A DNA stretch of 64,000 nucleotides from Octopus sinensis. Taxonomy: Eukaryota. The translations under genes were made by a program, and so were the position numbers. The notes beneath the pieces are model-generated. The model did no database searches. It saw nothing but the letters and a program-made list of their open reading frames with translations, and was not told the DNA's origin. The stretch is from the NCBI RefSeq assembly GCF_006345805.1, contig NC_043003.1, positions 89,404,001 to 89,468,000 on the forward strand, read 5' to 3'. Positions 25,706 to 36,772 of the stretch are shown here, piece after piece; positions within the stretch are counted from its first letter, which is position 1; each line of letters begins with the position of its first letter.

Positions 25706-27362
25706 TACACATAAAATGCAAAATACAAAGTTATATCTTTATATCGCTAGTGATAACAATACTCAAAATATATAACAGACTGGAATTGTAGGCCCGTCTC
25801 TTGCAATTTCGATCAATTGTATCTTGTCTTCCCTCTTGTATAGAAGTGTGGCTACAATCCAGCCTACCTCTACTTCTGGGGGTACATTTTAAATTTTTAT
25901 CCGGGATGTCCTATGTCCCAGATATAAAGGTAAAAATAAAATATTTCCACTTTGCAAGGTTTGAGTTGAGTATTCCCTTGCACACTCCGTTGATTCGAAC
26001 CATACTTCTATTGTGGCAAATTTACCGCCTCTGGTTAGATATCTTTCATAGTCGCACCAAGACACTTTCGAATGGTGCTTTCCTCCAGGTGTTCAAATCT
26101 TTTTTTTTCCCTACATTGTATACTTTATAGACAATAGTCTTTTCTTTAATTTAATTTTTTATTTCGCTTGGTTGTGTTATCCTAGATTCACCGTCTTTGT
26201 TGGTGATCAATCCGAAATAGGTTTGTATTTCTTCCATTTTAATTTTAATGAGTTCGCACCTGCCGACGGCTGCAGCGAAATTCATTTTTGGACTTTCTTC
26301 TATCGAAGGCATTCTAACAAAAATACTTTCGTATAAACGGTGAAAATATTGTCAATTTCCCCAAACAGGGACACAATTCAATTTTTAAACAATAACCAAA
26401 GCTCCTTCTTCCAAAGGGAGTGGGTTACGGGTTACAATTATTTAATAAATGCAACACAACAACGTTTCCCTTAGAAGGAACCAACAAACGTGATAACAAT
26501 AGTTAAACAGTAATAATAATAACAACAAACCTTACGGTGAATCAAAAAGCAGTACGCAGTTGAAACTATAGTCCTTTATGTATAAGAAATAAACCAACAG
26601 CAGTACTCAGTAGAAGTGGCTGTTTGAGAAAACAGACATTCCATACAGCCAAAATTCATATAGATACTTAATGATAGCTAATTAGCAGATAATCTAATGT
26701 AAAAGCCGTGGTAAACAGTATGTGCACAGCTCCATCTGGACTATTCCATTTCTGCACACTAATTTTATTTTTAATTTATTCCCATTCATGTGAAACCACT
26801 TGTTCAAGTCATTAATGCAATTTTATACCAATTGCTATTTTTACTTTTGTTATGTTACGATTATATTATACTTTAGTTTGATTTTAATTATTACTTACTA
26901 CATATAATTCAATTGTTATTATTGTCTCTAATTTTTATTGTTAAAGTGAAAGTATCTGACATAAAATAGAGAAATGTTCTTGTTTCACTTTTAACACGTA
27001 ATACTGAAATAGTGGAGAAGATATGATATTGCTATGGGCTTGCCCTAGGCAAGAAGTTGAACATTTTTTTTGCCCATGAAACTACATGGACCCTAAGTAA
27101 GGCATGTGTAAAATTTGGATGAAATTGGTTGTGTAGTTCTCAAGTTTTAGGGAATCATAGTGGGGAAGATATGATATTGCTGTGGGCTCGCCCTAGACAA
27201 AAAGTTAAAAATGTTTTTGCCGATGGCACTCCCTGGACCCTAAATAAGGCATGTGTAAAATTTGAATGAAATTGGTTGTGTAGTTCTCAAGTTTTAGGGA
27301 AACACACAAACAGACAGACAGACAGATAGACAGACACACATTCTCAGTTTTATATATATAGA
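25587..27362 (-). mobile_element. Non-autonomous Helitron
   Basis: 3' palindrome actagcattatgacccg-gcaacga-cgggtcatagtgctagt ending in CTAG|T at 25587. The 5' end reads TCTATATATATAAAA followed by (CTGT)n; the flanking base is G, not the canonical A. Internal 148-bp tandem duplication (27012 and 27160). Confidence 0.75.
25792..26237 (-). pseudogene. Decayed N-terminal ORF resembling a LINE ORF1/gag-like RNA-binding protein, inside the Helitron
   Basis: MEEIQTYFGLITNKDGESRITQPSEIKN*IKEKTIVYKV..., then after a frameshift GGKFATIEVWFESTECAREYSTQTLQSGNILFLPLYLGHRTSRIKI*NVPPEVEVGWIVATLL. Family assignment is by resemblance only. Confidence 0.5.
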
Positions 27363-27582
27363 GACACGTCAACAATAGAATTGGATCAAATTATGCATTT
27401 ATTCACATTGTACTGTAATATTGGAAAGGATTTTGTTATTGATCTGACAGAACGTAATGGACATAGCAGTTTAATAGGTTTTTGAATATCAAATGTTTGT
27501 ATTTGTCTGCTGGACTATTAGTAATCAAAAATGTTTATAATCAATGTTAATTTATTAATTTGTTCATATTATACTGTAATAT

Positions 27583-28352
27583 ACGCATTGGCAAGGCAGC
27601 TGCTGTGATGGCCCAACTCTCCAAACAGGCATGGGACAACAATAAGCTGACCAAGACCACGAAAATGAAGATCTACCAGGCATGTGTACTTAGCACTCTA
27701 CTGTATGGAAGTGAGACTTGGATGCCATACACACACCAAGAGTGTCGCCTAAACATCTTTCACCTGCGCTGCCTCCGGAAAATCCTTCGCATCAAATGGC
27801 AGAATCATATCCCCAACAAAGATGTCCTCAAGCAAGCAGGAATACCAAGCATGTTTGCACTCCTCACACAAAGAGGTATGAGATGGCTTGGGCATGTTAG
27901 CCGTATGAAAGCTGGCAGAATCCCCAAGGACATACTCTACGGAGAGCTTGCTAAGGGTACTAGGTCTGTGGGAAGACCGTTCTTACGTTACAAGGATGTT
28001 TGCAAAAGGGACATGAAGGCCTGCAACATCAATATTAGCAATTGGGAAGCAGTTGCCAGCAACCGTGGAGATTGGCGACGTACCGTAAAGGAGGGAACAC
28101 AAAGGAGTGACAGAGAGAGAGAGAGAGAGGAGAAATGGAAAGACAAAAAAAGACGTCAACAAGAAACTATGACATTACAACCAGCCAGGAACAGTCTTCG
28201 CTACATTTGCGGTACCTGCCAGAGGGAGTGTTTGTCCAGGATAGGACTACACAGCCACAGCAGGAAATGTATCAGGTCATGAAATGTAAAAGCCGGACTA
28301 GACTATTTTATGCGCAACTCCATTGTCTCCCAAGACAAAAAGGATGCCAACC
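27583..28352 (+). mobile_element. 5'-truncated RTE/BovB-like LINE with 12-bp TSD
   Basis: KIYQACVLSTLLYGSETW, RWLGHVSRM...RIPKDILYGEL and a C-terminal C2H2 finger (CGTCQRECLSRIGLHSHSRKC). TSD atactgtaatat at 27571-27582 and 28353-28364. Confidence 0.9.
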
Positions 28353-29429
28353 ATACTGTAATATTGGAAATGATTTTGTAATTGACCTGACAAAATGTTA
28401 TGGACATACAAACACAGCAGTTTGATAGATACAAATATAAAAAGTTTCTATTTGTATGCTGGATTATCTGTAATCAGTGGTATATTTGTAATGTGATTTG
28501 CTCCATTGATTTATGGAAACAGTGGCTTATGTGCATTTTTCAGGAATTCTTATTGTTGTTGTTTAGTACTAGGTCAGCTTTGATAGAATAGAATTATGTT
28601 CAAGGGTGTTTCAGCCTTGACCATTCTATATTTGTACATTTTCAGAACTATATGATCCAGTGTATACATCCTTTAAGAAAAATGAAAAAACTAGGGTCTA
28701 ATTTGAGGGAGATTTGGCTGCTATTTTTAGCAAATTAAGCTACTCTGACCAGTTGTCTATGGTATTCACCTCTCTCCTCAGATATTTACAATCAAGTGAC
28801 AATTGTTTTATAGGCTGGTTTCAAATAAAATGGTAAATTATTTTTTTATCAGGAATTGAATCAAATGCCATTAGGTACCAAACTAGTTGTAAGTTGTTCA
28901 GTTTGGATTTCTACTTCAGAACCATTTTAGAGAATCATTGAAGAATATGTAGTGCTGTTGTAATGACTTTACAATAACTTTACGTTGTTTGTTAAAAGTA
29001 TCTTCACCTTTTATGTTGCCAAAACTAATTGAATAAACATCAGTAACAATGAATTAATGAAAGAGCCTCTGTGTAGTCACTCGACTTGTTAGAAATAGTT
29101 GCCAAACTATCTCAGTTCACACTCTGCTTCTTAAACAGAAGGAAGAACTCATTGTACAAAGGAATATTTTATGATGACATACAAAGGAATAGTTTATATA
29201 CAAAGGAATAGTTTATGATGACAGGTCTGTTTGGTTGTGGCTGACTTGAGATTAAATAATATCACATACAATGGGGGGAAATAAATATTCGTACATATCA
29301 AAATTCTTTATTTATCTAATTTCTAATGAACATAAATGGGATATACCAATACTACATTTGCATACACATGCTTAAACTAAGAATATGCAAAAGAAACTAA
29401 TAAATTATAGTTACTTGCATCGACAATAC

Positions 29430-30770
29430 TCTGGTAAATAAAGCAGTTAAGGATATCAAAACAGGGAAAGCCCCTGGCCCATCAAGAATCACCATTGAGA
29501 TGCTTCAAATATCTGGTGGTGTGGGTTATGGTCTAGTCACCCATATTGTAAACCAGGTAGTCCACGAAGGCATCATACCCAATGACTGGTGTAGCAGCAC
29601 CATAGTCAACTGTTACAAATGTAAAGGTAATGCTTTAGAAGAAATAACTCCAGGGATATGAAATTGCTGGATCAGGTGATGAAGGTCACAGAGAAGGTCA
29701 TAGCCCAACTAATTAGGGAGTGAGTTAGCCTAGAGAAGATGCAGCTTGATTTTGTGCCAGGTAGAAGCACCACTGATGCTATATTTCTGGTAAGGCAACT
29801 GCAGGAGAAATACCTAGCCAAAGATAAACCCCTGTACTTGGCTTTTGTTGACTTGGAGAAAACCTTTGACAGAGTCCCCTGATCCCTTATGTAGTGGTCA
29901 ATGCAGAAAGTAGGGATAGATGAGTGGTTAGTAAGAGTTGTACAAACCCTGTACAGGTATGCTGTTAGTAAGGTGAGGGTTGGCAATGAGTATAGTGACG
30001 AATTCTGGGTAGAAGTAAGGATTCACCAAGGATCAGTCCTCAGCCCCCTCTTATTCATCATAGTCCTCCAGGCAATAACAAAGGAATTCAAGACAGGATA
30101 CCCCTAACAGCTCCTCTATGCAGATGACCTTGCTCAAATAGCTGAGTCACTATTTGAACTAGAGATGAAGTTTCAGGCGTGGAAGTAAGGTCTAGAATAG
30201 AAGGGTCTTAGAGTCAATCTAGCAAAAACCAAATTCTTAGTAAGTAGGAAGGCAGACAAATCACCCTTCAGGTAGATGGCCCTGCTCAATCGGTAGAAAA
30301 GGCGTAGGTAGAAACTACATAAGATGGTGCACATAGTAAGCACCATTCAAGTGTGGATCGATGCCAGTGCCACCTGACTGGCACCCCATGCCAGTGGAAC
30401 ATAAAAAGCACCATCCGAACATGGTCGATGCTAGTGCCCCCGACTGGCTTCCATGCTGGTGGCACATAAAATGCACCTTCTGAATGTGGTCAAAGCCAGT
30501 TCCCTCCAACTGGCTCCTGTGCCAGTGGCACACAAAAACACCATCCGAATGTGGTCACTGCTAGTACCACCTAACTGGCTCCTGTGCCAGTTGCATTTAA
30601 AAAGTACCCACTACACTCTTGGAGTGGTTGGCATTAGGAAGGGCATCCAGCTTTAGAAACCTCGCCAGATCAGGTTGGAGCCTGGTGCAGCCTACTGGCC
30701 TGCCATTCATCAGTCAAACCATCTAGCCCATGCCAGCATGGAAAACATTCATTGAATGATGATAATTATG
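29430..30770 (+). mobile_element. RTE LINE fragment (RT region joined to 3'UTR modules)
   Basis: Nucleotide similarity to the other RTE copies (gggaaagcccctggcccatc..., YADDL region). An internal deletion precedes the 3'UTR. Confidence 0.88.
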
Positions 30771-31252
30771 ATCTAGAAATCAATCAAGTAGTCACAGGCA
30801 TAGTTGTGTGGTTAAGAAGTTTGCTTTTCAATCACATAGTCTTAGGTTCATTCCTACTGCATGACACTTTGAGCAGTGATGGTTGCAGCTATTGGTGTTT
30901 TAGTTTCTTCCTTTTCAGTTGTGACTAATTGCTCATGGTGATTGATATACATATTTGCTACACTGATGGGTGTTACAACAATAAAACATTAAAGAATTTA
31001 ACTGTATTTAAAGAAAGAACATCTTTCAACATTGTCAACTTTGAATTGATCTCATCTATTTCAGTAGACCCTCTACCACAAAAAAATCAATGACTTAAGG
31101 ATATTATATTTACTTGCTTTTTGAAAGCTCTAGATTCATTATCTTCTTGTTATTTTCATTAGTTAATTTTACACAGCTAGACTGTGTAATTTAATTGAAA
31201 ATTTATGTATTAAATTCTACTTCCTTTTAAGTAATGAGAATTATTTTTACAG

Positions 31253-31380
31253 GTGGCTATCTTATAACCCAGAAGGATGTCTTTTTTGATCGGAGTCATG
31301 CATCACAGTTGATTGCATCTATCTTAGCTTATAAAGATGAAAATATTAAAATTGATCTTCCAATGCCTGCAATTTTAAAA
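31253..31380 (+). CDS. POLR3A: POLR3A exon E: (G)[42 protein letters not shown]
   Basis: Acceptor tttttacag|GT, donor AAA|gtaagc. Phase 1 start matches exon D. Confidence 0.94.
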
Positions 31381-31983
31381 GTAAGCCTATTTTATCATTT
31401 TGCATTTCACTGAATTAAATGTTATGGATGTATGAGTTTGTTAAATATTCTATTGTAATTTTTGTCACTTTCCAAATTTTGTGATTAATTATAATATTAA
31501 TTTAGAAGTCATTTAATATTTTTCTAAAACTTATTATTGAACACAGATTAAAATGAATCCTTTTGAGACTCTTAGGGTGCTTAACCCCAGTTTCTGTGGC
31601 ATTAAAGAGATGGGAGACAGATTTCACGATGGCCTGTAAGCTAGTCCACTGCAGCTAACTTTTTTATGAGTTTGGTACTTGCTAGTAAGTCCAGTGTTGG
31701 ATTTTATAAATTCAATAAAATAAAATTCCTGAGTTGGATGGATTTAAATTTATAATTCTCGATCTAGTAATCCAGTCCTTTCAACTATGTAGACTCCATG
31801 TAATGTTTGGTTGACTCATTAAATGACCAAGCTGGTATTCTTTTATTACCAGAAGCCCTCTCACCTGACTGATGTAAATATAAGTCAGAAAATAATAAGT
31901 AAAGCATAGAAACAACAGTAAAGATTGTGAAACATGATTTGTTTATTGAAAATGTGTAATTTTTCTTGATGTTTCTTTCCTAG

Positions 31984-32119
31984 CCTTGTCAACTGTGGAC
32001 AGGGAAACAAATATTTAGTTTGCTGTTACGACCAAACAGTAGTTGTCCTGTGTTAGCCAATCTAAGAACTAAAGGCAAGAACTATTCTACTGGTGAAGAT
32101 TTATGTTACAATGATTCTT
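31984..32119 (+). CDS. POLR3A: POLR3A exon F: [45 protein letters not shown]
   Basis: Acceptor ctttcctag|CCT, donor T|gtaagt. Contains the LWTGKQIFS motif. Confidence 0.95.
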
Positions 32120-32601
32120 GTAAGTTTGACCATTTGATTCTTTGCTCAGATATTCTCTTTAATATTCATACATTGGAGATTTATTGCATTGGAAGCTGGT
32201 GGTGTAAACATATTCTCTTCTGAATGTTGTTATTTCTGATTTGTTGTAATGCCTTTTATTTGAGATTTTAGCTCTGTATATGATTTAGTAAGTTCTAACT
32301 CAAGTATCTTTCCAGTTTTTATTTCTCTTTGAAATTGTAAATCTTTCTATAATAATAAGTAATATAAATGTTGGCTGCTCGATCTCTCCAGTCACTTTAA
32401 ATTGTATATATATATAGAGAGAGAGAGAGTAAAAAAAAGATATAGAGAGTTATCATAATAGATGCAGAATGAGTACACCTACTAAGTTTGGTGGAGATTG
32501 TGAGTAATTGACTGACTCACACACACACACATTAAGAGAGAAAGAATCATACAGGGATGGAGGAGAGGAAGTGTATATATATAAATAAAGTTACCTAATC
32601 T

Positions 32602-32669
<68 letters not shown>

Positions 32670-33347
32670 TGAAATGACTAGAGACCGAGGAAATGACTAG
32701 AGACCGAGACTTCTGGAAGTGTGCTGTGCGCGAGAAGACCCGGCAGGACAAGTGAGTCCACAACCCGTGGCCTTCTACATGGGATGGAGCCAGCCTACGT
32801 ATGCATACCTTCCCTTCTTGGGACACAAAACTCTACTTGTGAAGACGTGTTGAGGCAAGTGAGGATCAGAATCGAAATCGATCAATGGAAATTGCGGATG
32901 TGCTACCAGTGCCGGTGGCATGTCGAAACTCTGCTTGTGAAGACCCATTGAGGCAAGTGAGGATCAGAATCGAAATCGATCAATGGAAATTGCAGATGTG
33001 TTACCAGTGCCGGTGGCATGTAAGAGAACTTTCCGTTTCGCGACCGTTGCCAGCACCGCCCCGTTTCGTGTCCGTTGCCAGCCTCGCCTGGCCCTCGTGC
33101 CGGTGGCACATAAAAAGCACCATCCGTTCGTGGCCGTTTGCCAGCTCTGTCTGGCACCAGTGCGGGTGGCACGTAAAAAGCACCCACTACACTCACGGAG
33201 TGGTTGGCGTTAGGAAGGGCATCCAGCCGTAGAAACACTGCCAGATTTGACTGGGCCTGATGAAGCCTTCTGGCTTCACAGACCCCAGTAGAACCGTCCA
33301 ACCCATGCTAGCATGGAAAACGGACGCTAAATGATGATGATGATGAT
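32670..33347 (+). mobile_element. Young RTE 3' end with internal tandem duplications
   Basis: 19-bp duplication (gaaatgactagagaccga), about 97-bp duplication (32828-33025) and a (GAT)n tail. Starts directly after (TA)n. Confidence 0.9.
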
Positions 33348-33349
33348 AA

Positions 33350-33545
33350 AGTTAATCCTAACATGAAAACACAACAACGCGAGGACGTGGAACAAACATA
33401 GTATTATTGGACGCTCAAGAAGGAAGGGAAGAAGGAGGGTTTAACGTTTCGAGCGGAGCTCTTCATCAGAAACATAGGAAAAGGAAAGATCCAGAGAAGG
33501 GAAGACGGAGGAAAAAAATCGCCAATGGTACACACGCGGTCATAT
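33350..33545 (-). mobile_element. Short Penelope-associated repeat carrying a hammerhead motif
   Basis: Purine-rich, CpG-containing unit around the hammerhead, adjacent to the putative Penelope terminal repeat. Family assignment is inferred from the PLE-hammerhead association. Confidence 0.55.
33439..33473 (-). ncRNA. Minimal type I hammerhead ribozyme motif
   Basis: Minus strand reads GUUU-CUGAUGA-A-GAGC(UCC)GCUC-GAAA-CGU-U-AAAC. This gives a full core, 4-bp stem I, 4-bp stem II, a palindromic ACGU stem III and a GUU cleavage triplet. Confidence 0.75.
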
Positions 33546-33829
33546 ATGTGCATAATATAAATTAGAGAAAAAAAACACTATTATGCAATTCAAACAATGA
33601 TAGACATAAACCAATAGTGGCTTTTTTTCTAATTTATATTTTATATATTTATATTGTGAAATTTGATTTAATACTAAATTGAATTTTTCCCTGTAAGTTT
33701 GGAGTTATACTCCCTAATATTATTATCATTTTGAAATATATATATATAATGTGTTTGAGAAGACCTGGCAAGCCAATTGAGATTGTAACCATGGCCTTTG
33801 CCAGTGCAGCATAACTGGCCCATTTAAGA

Positions 33830-34246
33830 GTACCCTTCAATCATTGGGCAATAAACTGTGCTAAAAGACCTGTTGAGTCAAGTGAAGTCATTGTCGTAGC
33901 CGATGACAGTACAGCCTGATTGGCGCCCGTGCCGGTGGCATGTAAAAAGCACCAATCAAGCATGGTCGATGCCAGTGCTGCCTGACTGGTCCTGTGCTAG
34001 TGGCACGTAAAAAGCACCATTCAAGTGTGGTCAATGCCAGTATGCCTGACTGGCCATCGTGCCAGTGGCATGTAAAAAACACCCACTACACTTTCGGAGT
34101 GGTTGGTGTTAGGAAGGGCATCCAACTGTAGAAACTTTGCCAGATCAGATTGGAGCCTGGTGCAGCCTTCTGGCTTGACAGCCCTCAGTCAAACCATCCA
34201 ATCCATGCCAGCATGGAAAGCAGACGTTAAATGACAATGATGATGA
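33830..34246 (+). mobile_element. RTE 3'UTR fragment with repeated ggtggcacgtaaaaagcacc modules
   Basis: Same 3'UTR and tail as the other copies; followed by (TA)n. Confidence 0.8.
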
Positions 34247-34248
34247 TG

Positions 34249-34300
<52 letters not shown>

Positions 34301-35744
34301 ACATTGTGGCCTTATAGTACCACCACCACCAACATAGCTCCAACAGTCTGTATCAGCAGCTCAGAAGACTGTAGGCGAGCTCAGCAAGCTAACTTGCTTA
34401 GAGAAGAAGTGATAGTTATAGATATCAGAAGAGTTGGCAATAATAAACAAAACCATTGAGTATAAGCAAAGTAAAAGAACTTTAATTAAGAGGCGAATAA
34501 ACATTTATGGAATATATTTTAGTGAGTTCCTTTCATTTAGCCCTAAAATGTGTAGAATTAACTCGTTTTGGTGAGCTCTTCTTTTTATTCACCTGTCAAA
34601 TGATTTATCTTTTTTTTTTTGATTGAACTCTGTTGTTACTTCTGAATTCACGTTAGCTCAGGAGCCAACTTCACACACTGTGTTATGCTACCAAGTTCAC
34701 ACTATTTTCGCAGCCAGTTCAAAATTGTTTTCCTCACAGTAAAGATACCACTGTTCCCATTAACTGACTGACATCCACTGTTGCATCGAACTGACTTAAC
34801 AACTAATGCCAACTGTCCTGCAACACCAACTACTGCGTCAACTGTTCCACATGAATTTCCCAGCACCAACTCACACATCGACTGCCTCACATTGACTTTG
34901 AACCAACTGTCTGACACCAACTCATGTCATTCACTGGTCACATCGGCTTCCGGCATAGACTAAGACTGCCACATGTTCACCCACTAACATTTATAGTCCA
35001 CCCACACAGTAAAAGCATGTCAAACCATCCAGCCTATGCTTTAAATTGTCACATTAACCAACTGACATCCACTGTCACGTGACTGAAATGAATTTTTTTT
35101 TTTTTTTGTCTTCCCTTGCAAAACCAGGGAGCAGTGTTCTAATTCGTGTTCTAGAAATGAAATTATATTCAGATAATTTCTCATTTGTAACTCTACCCAC
35201 TCCCCAGATGTTTGTCAACCCAACAAATGTATACAACATTTATAACTTATAATTATTTTCTGTGACTTGAAGCTTCTTTACTTCCACTATAGTGCAATAA
35301 TTTCCATCTTAAACTCTGCAATTTCAATTCAAAAACCTTTTGAGTTGAAAGACTTTTCCTCTTTTATACAGCAAGCCTTTTATGCATGTTGCACTGTATC
35401 TCTCTCTCTCTTTTTTTTTTTTTGTAAGATATTCACCTCTAGTTCATTAATTTCCTGGATCAGCTGAAATTTACTTTCTGACAGTTGGCTGTTGTCACTG
35501 TTCATTGGGAACATTTGCTCTTTTAATTTCTCATTTTCTTTCATTAAAAGATCTATTTTCTGATTCAAGTTTTTCCTATCATGTTCCTGCAAATACTGTA
35601 TATGCTTTTCTTTGACTTTGTGGAAAGATTTAGTCTCCTCCTCAAAGTTTTGATAAACATTTGCAATTCCAACTCATTTCTTTTATCTCTCAGACATCTT
35701 GCCATATTCACTTCTCTCTCAGAATGTTCCATTTCTTTACATTG

Positions 35745-36590
35745 TGCTGGTGCCATCCTCCAAGCTGGTTGCTCAGTTGGGTGATGATCCCTTGTGTCAA
35801 TATGTTGCTCCACACTACACTGGAACAGTAGTTCTGATCTTGGTGGGATCACTGTTGTCTGTAATGCTCTCAGCTCACCACCAGCAGTAGTCCACTTTAC
35901 CAACTTGACAGGGACAGATCTTCCTTTCACCCAAAGCTTCATGGAGCAGAAGTCCAGTTGACACCCCACAAATACAAAGTAGTCCAAATTCAAGAGACAA
36001 GGATCCTCCATCTCTACCATGTAGACTGGAAGCACAACTTCTTGTCCCGCAACTTCAATTGCGACATCAACCGGTCTCCTCAGTTCAGTACAGTGCCTGG
36101 TAACACCACACCACTGCTGTGATGGTAGGTCACGATGCTGTAACATTTCAGGTCTCACAAAAGTCTTCTCTGAGGCTGAATCAATCACAAAAGGACACTT
36201 CTGACCATCAATCTGCCCATCCACTTGTATGTTGTCCATTACAGTCCTTTTACATCTTCTCAGACAGGGGGCTTCTTTGGAATACTCAGCTGGCTGTTGC
36301 CCACTAACACCAGCCTCTTCTAGTTTTCTGACTTTCCTTTATCTTCTTCCTTCTGTCCTTCTTTTATGCATGGTAGTCAAAACTGAGATGTCCCTTTTCA
36401 CCACATGTCCAGCACTCTCTCTTAAGTGTGAACTTTTTACTACTGTCCTGCTTTTGCTCTCTCTCAGGCTGTAGCAATCTTGTATCTTGTGTCTTGGCTT
36501 CCCAAAGTGCCAACAATTTCTTCCAAACATCTCTTGTTTGTTCTTTCTTCAAACAGCTTTCTCTTTTATGTCCGACCTTCCCAGCCTAAG
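35745..36590 (-). mobile_element. Ty3/Gypsy gag-protease relic
   Basis: Two degenerate zinc knuckles (CWTCGEKGHLSFDY, CWHFGKPRHKIQDC), an aspartyl-protease-like segment (VDGQIDGQKCPFVIDSASEKTFVRP) and the RT entry motif IDTRDHHPTEQP. Confidence 0.8.
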
Positions 36591-36599
36591 TCAGCTAGT

Positions 36600-36663
36600 A
36601 TATATATATGTGTGTGTGTGTGTGTCTATATATATATATAAAGTGTATGTATGTATGTATGTA

Positions 36664-36746
<83 letters not shown>

Positions 36747-36772
36747 TTTGTGTGTGTATGTATATATATATA
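36600..36772. repeat. Long compound (TA)n/(TG)n microsatellite; similar tracts near 2800, 19200, 19480, 25670, 32610, 34250, 42380 and 47460
   Basis: Direct reading. Confidence 0.95.

Noticed and set aside
33257-33280. CUGAUGA followed by hairpin AGCC-UUCU-GGCU in the RTE 3'UTR (also near 58646), resembling a sense-strand hammerhead
   Set aside because: No GAAA after stem II and no stem III or NUH.
32903-33301. Recurrent MDGSTG... ORFs (also 73-303, 20245-20433, 58261-58689)
   Set aside because: They are antisense readings of the RTE 3'UTR; the recurrence reflects repeat copies.
34295-35090. Possible LTR next to the Gypsy relic (TGTTG start, internal aactgacatccactgt repeats)
   Set aside because: No second LTR, TSD, PBS or PPT could be identified.
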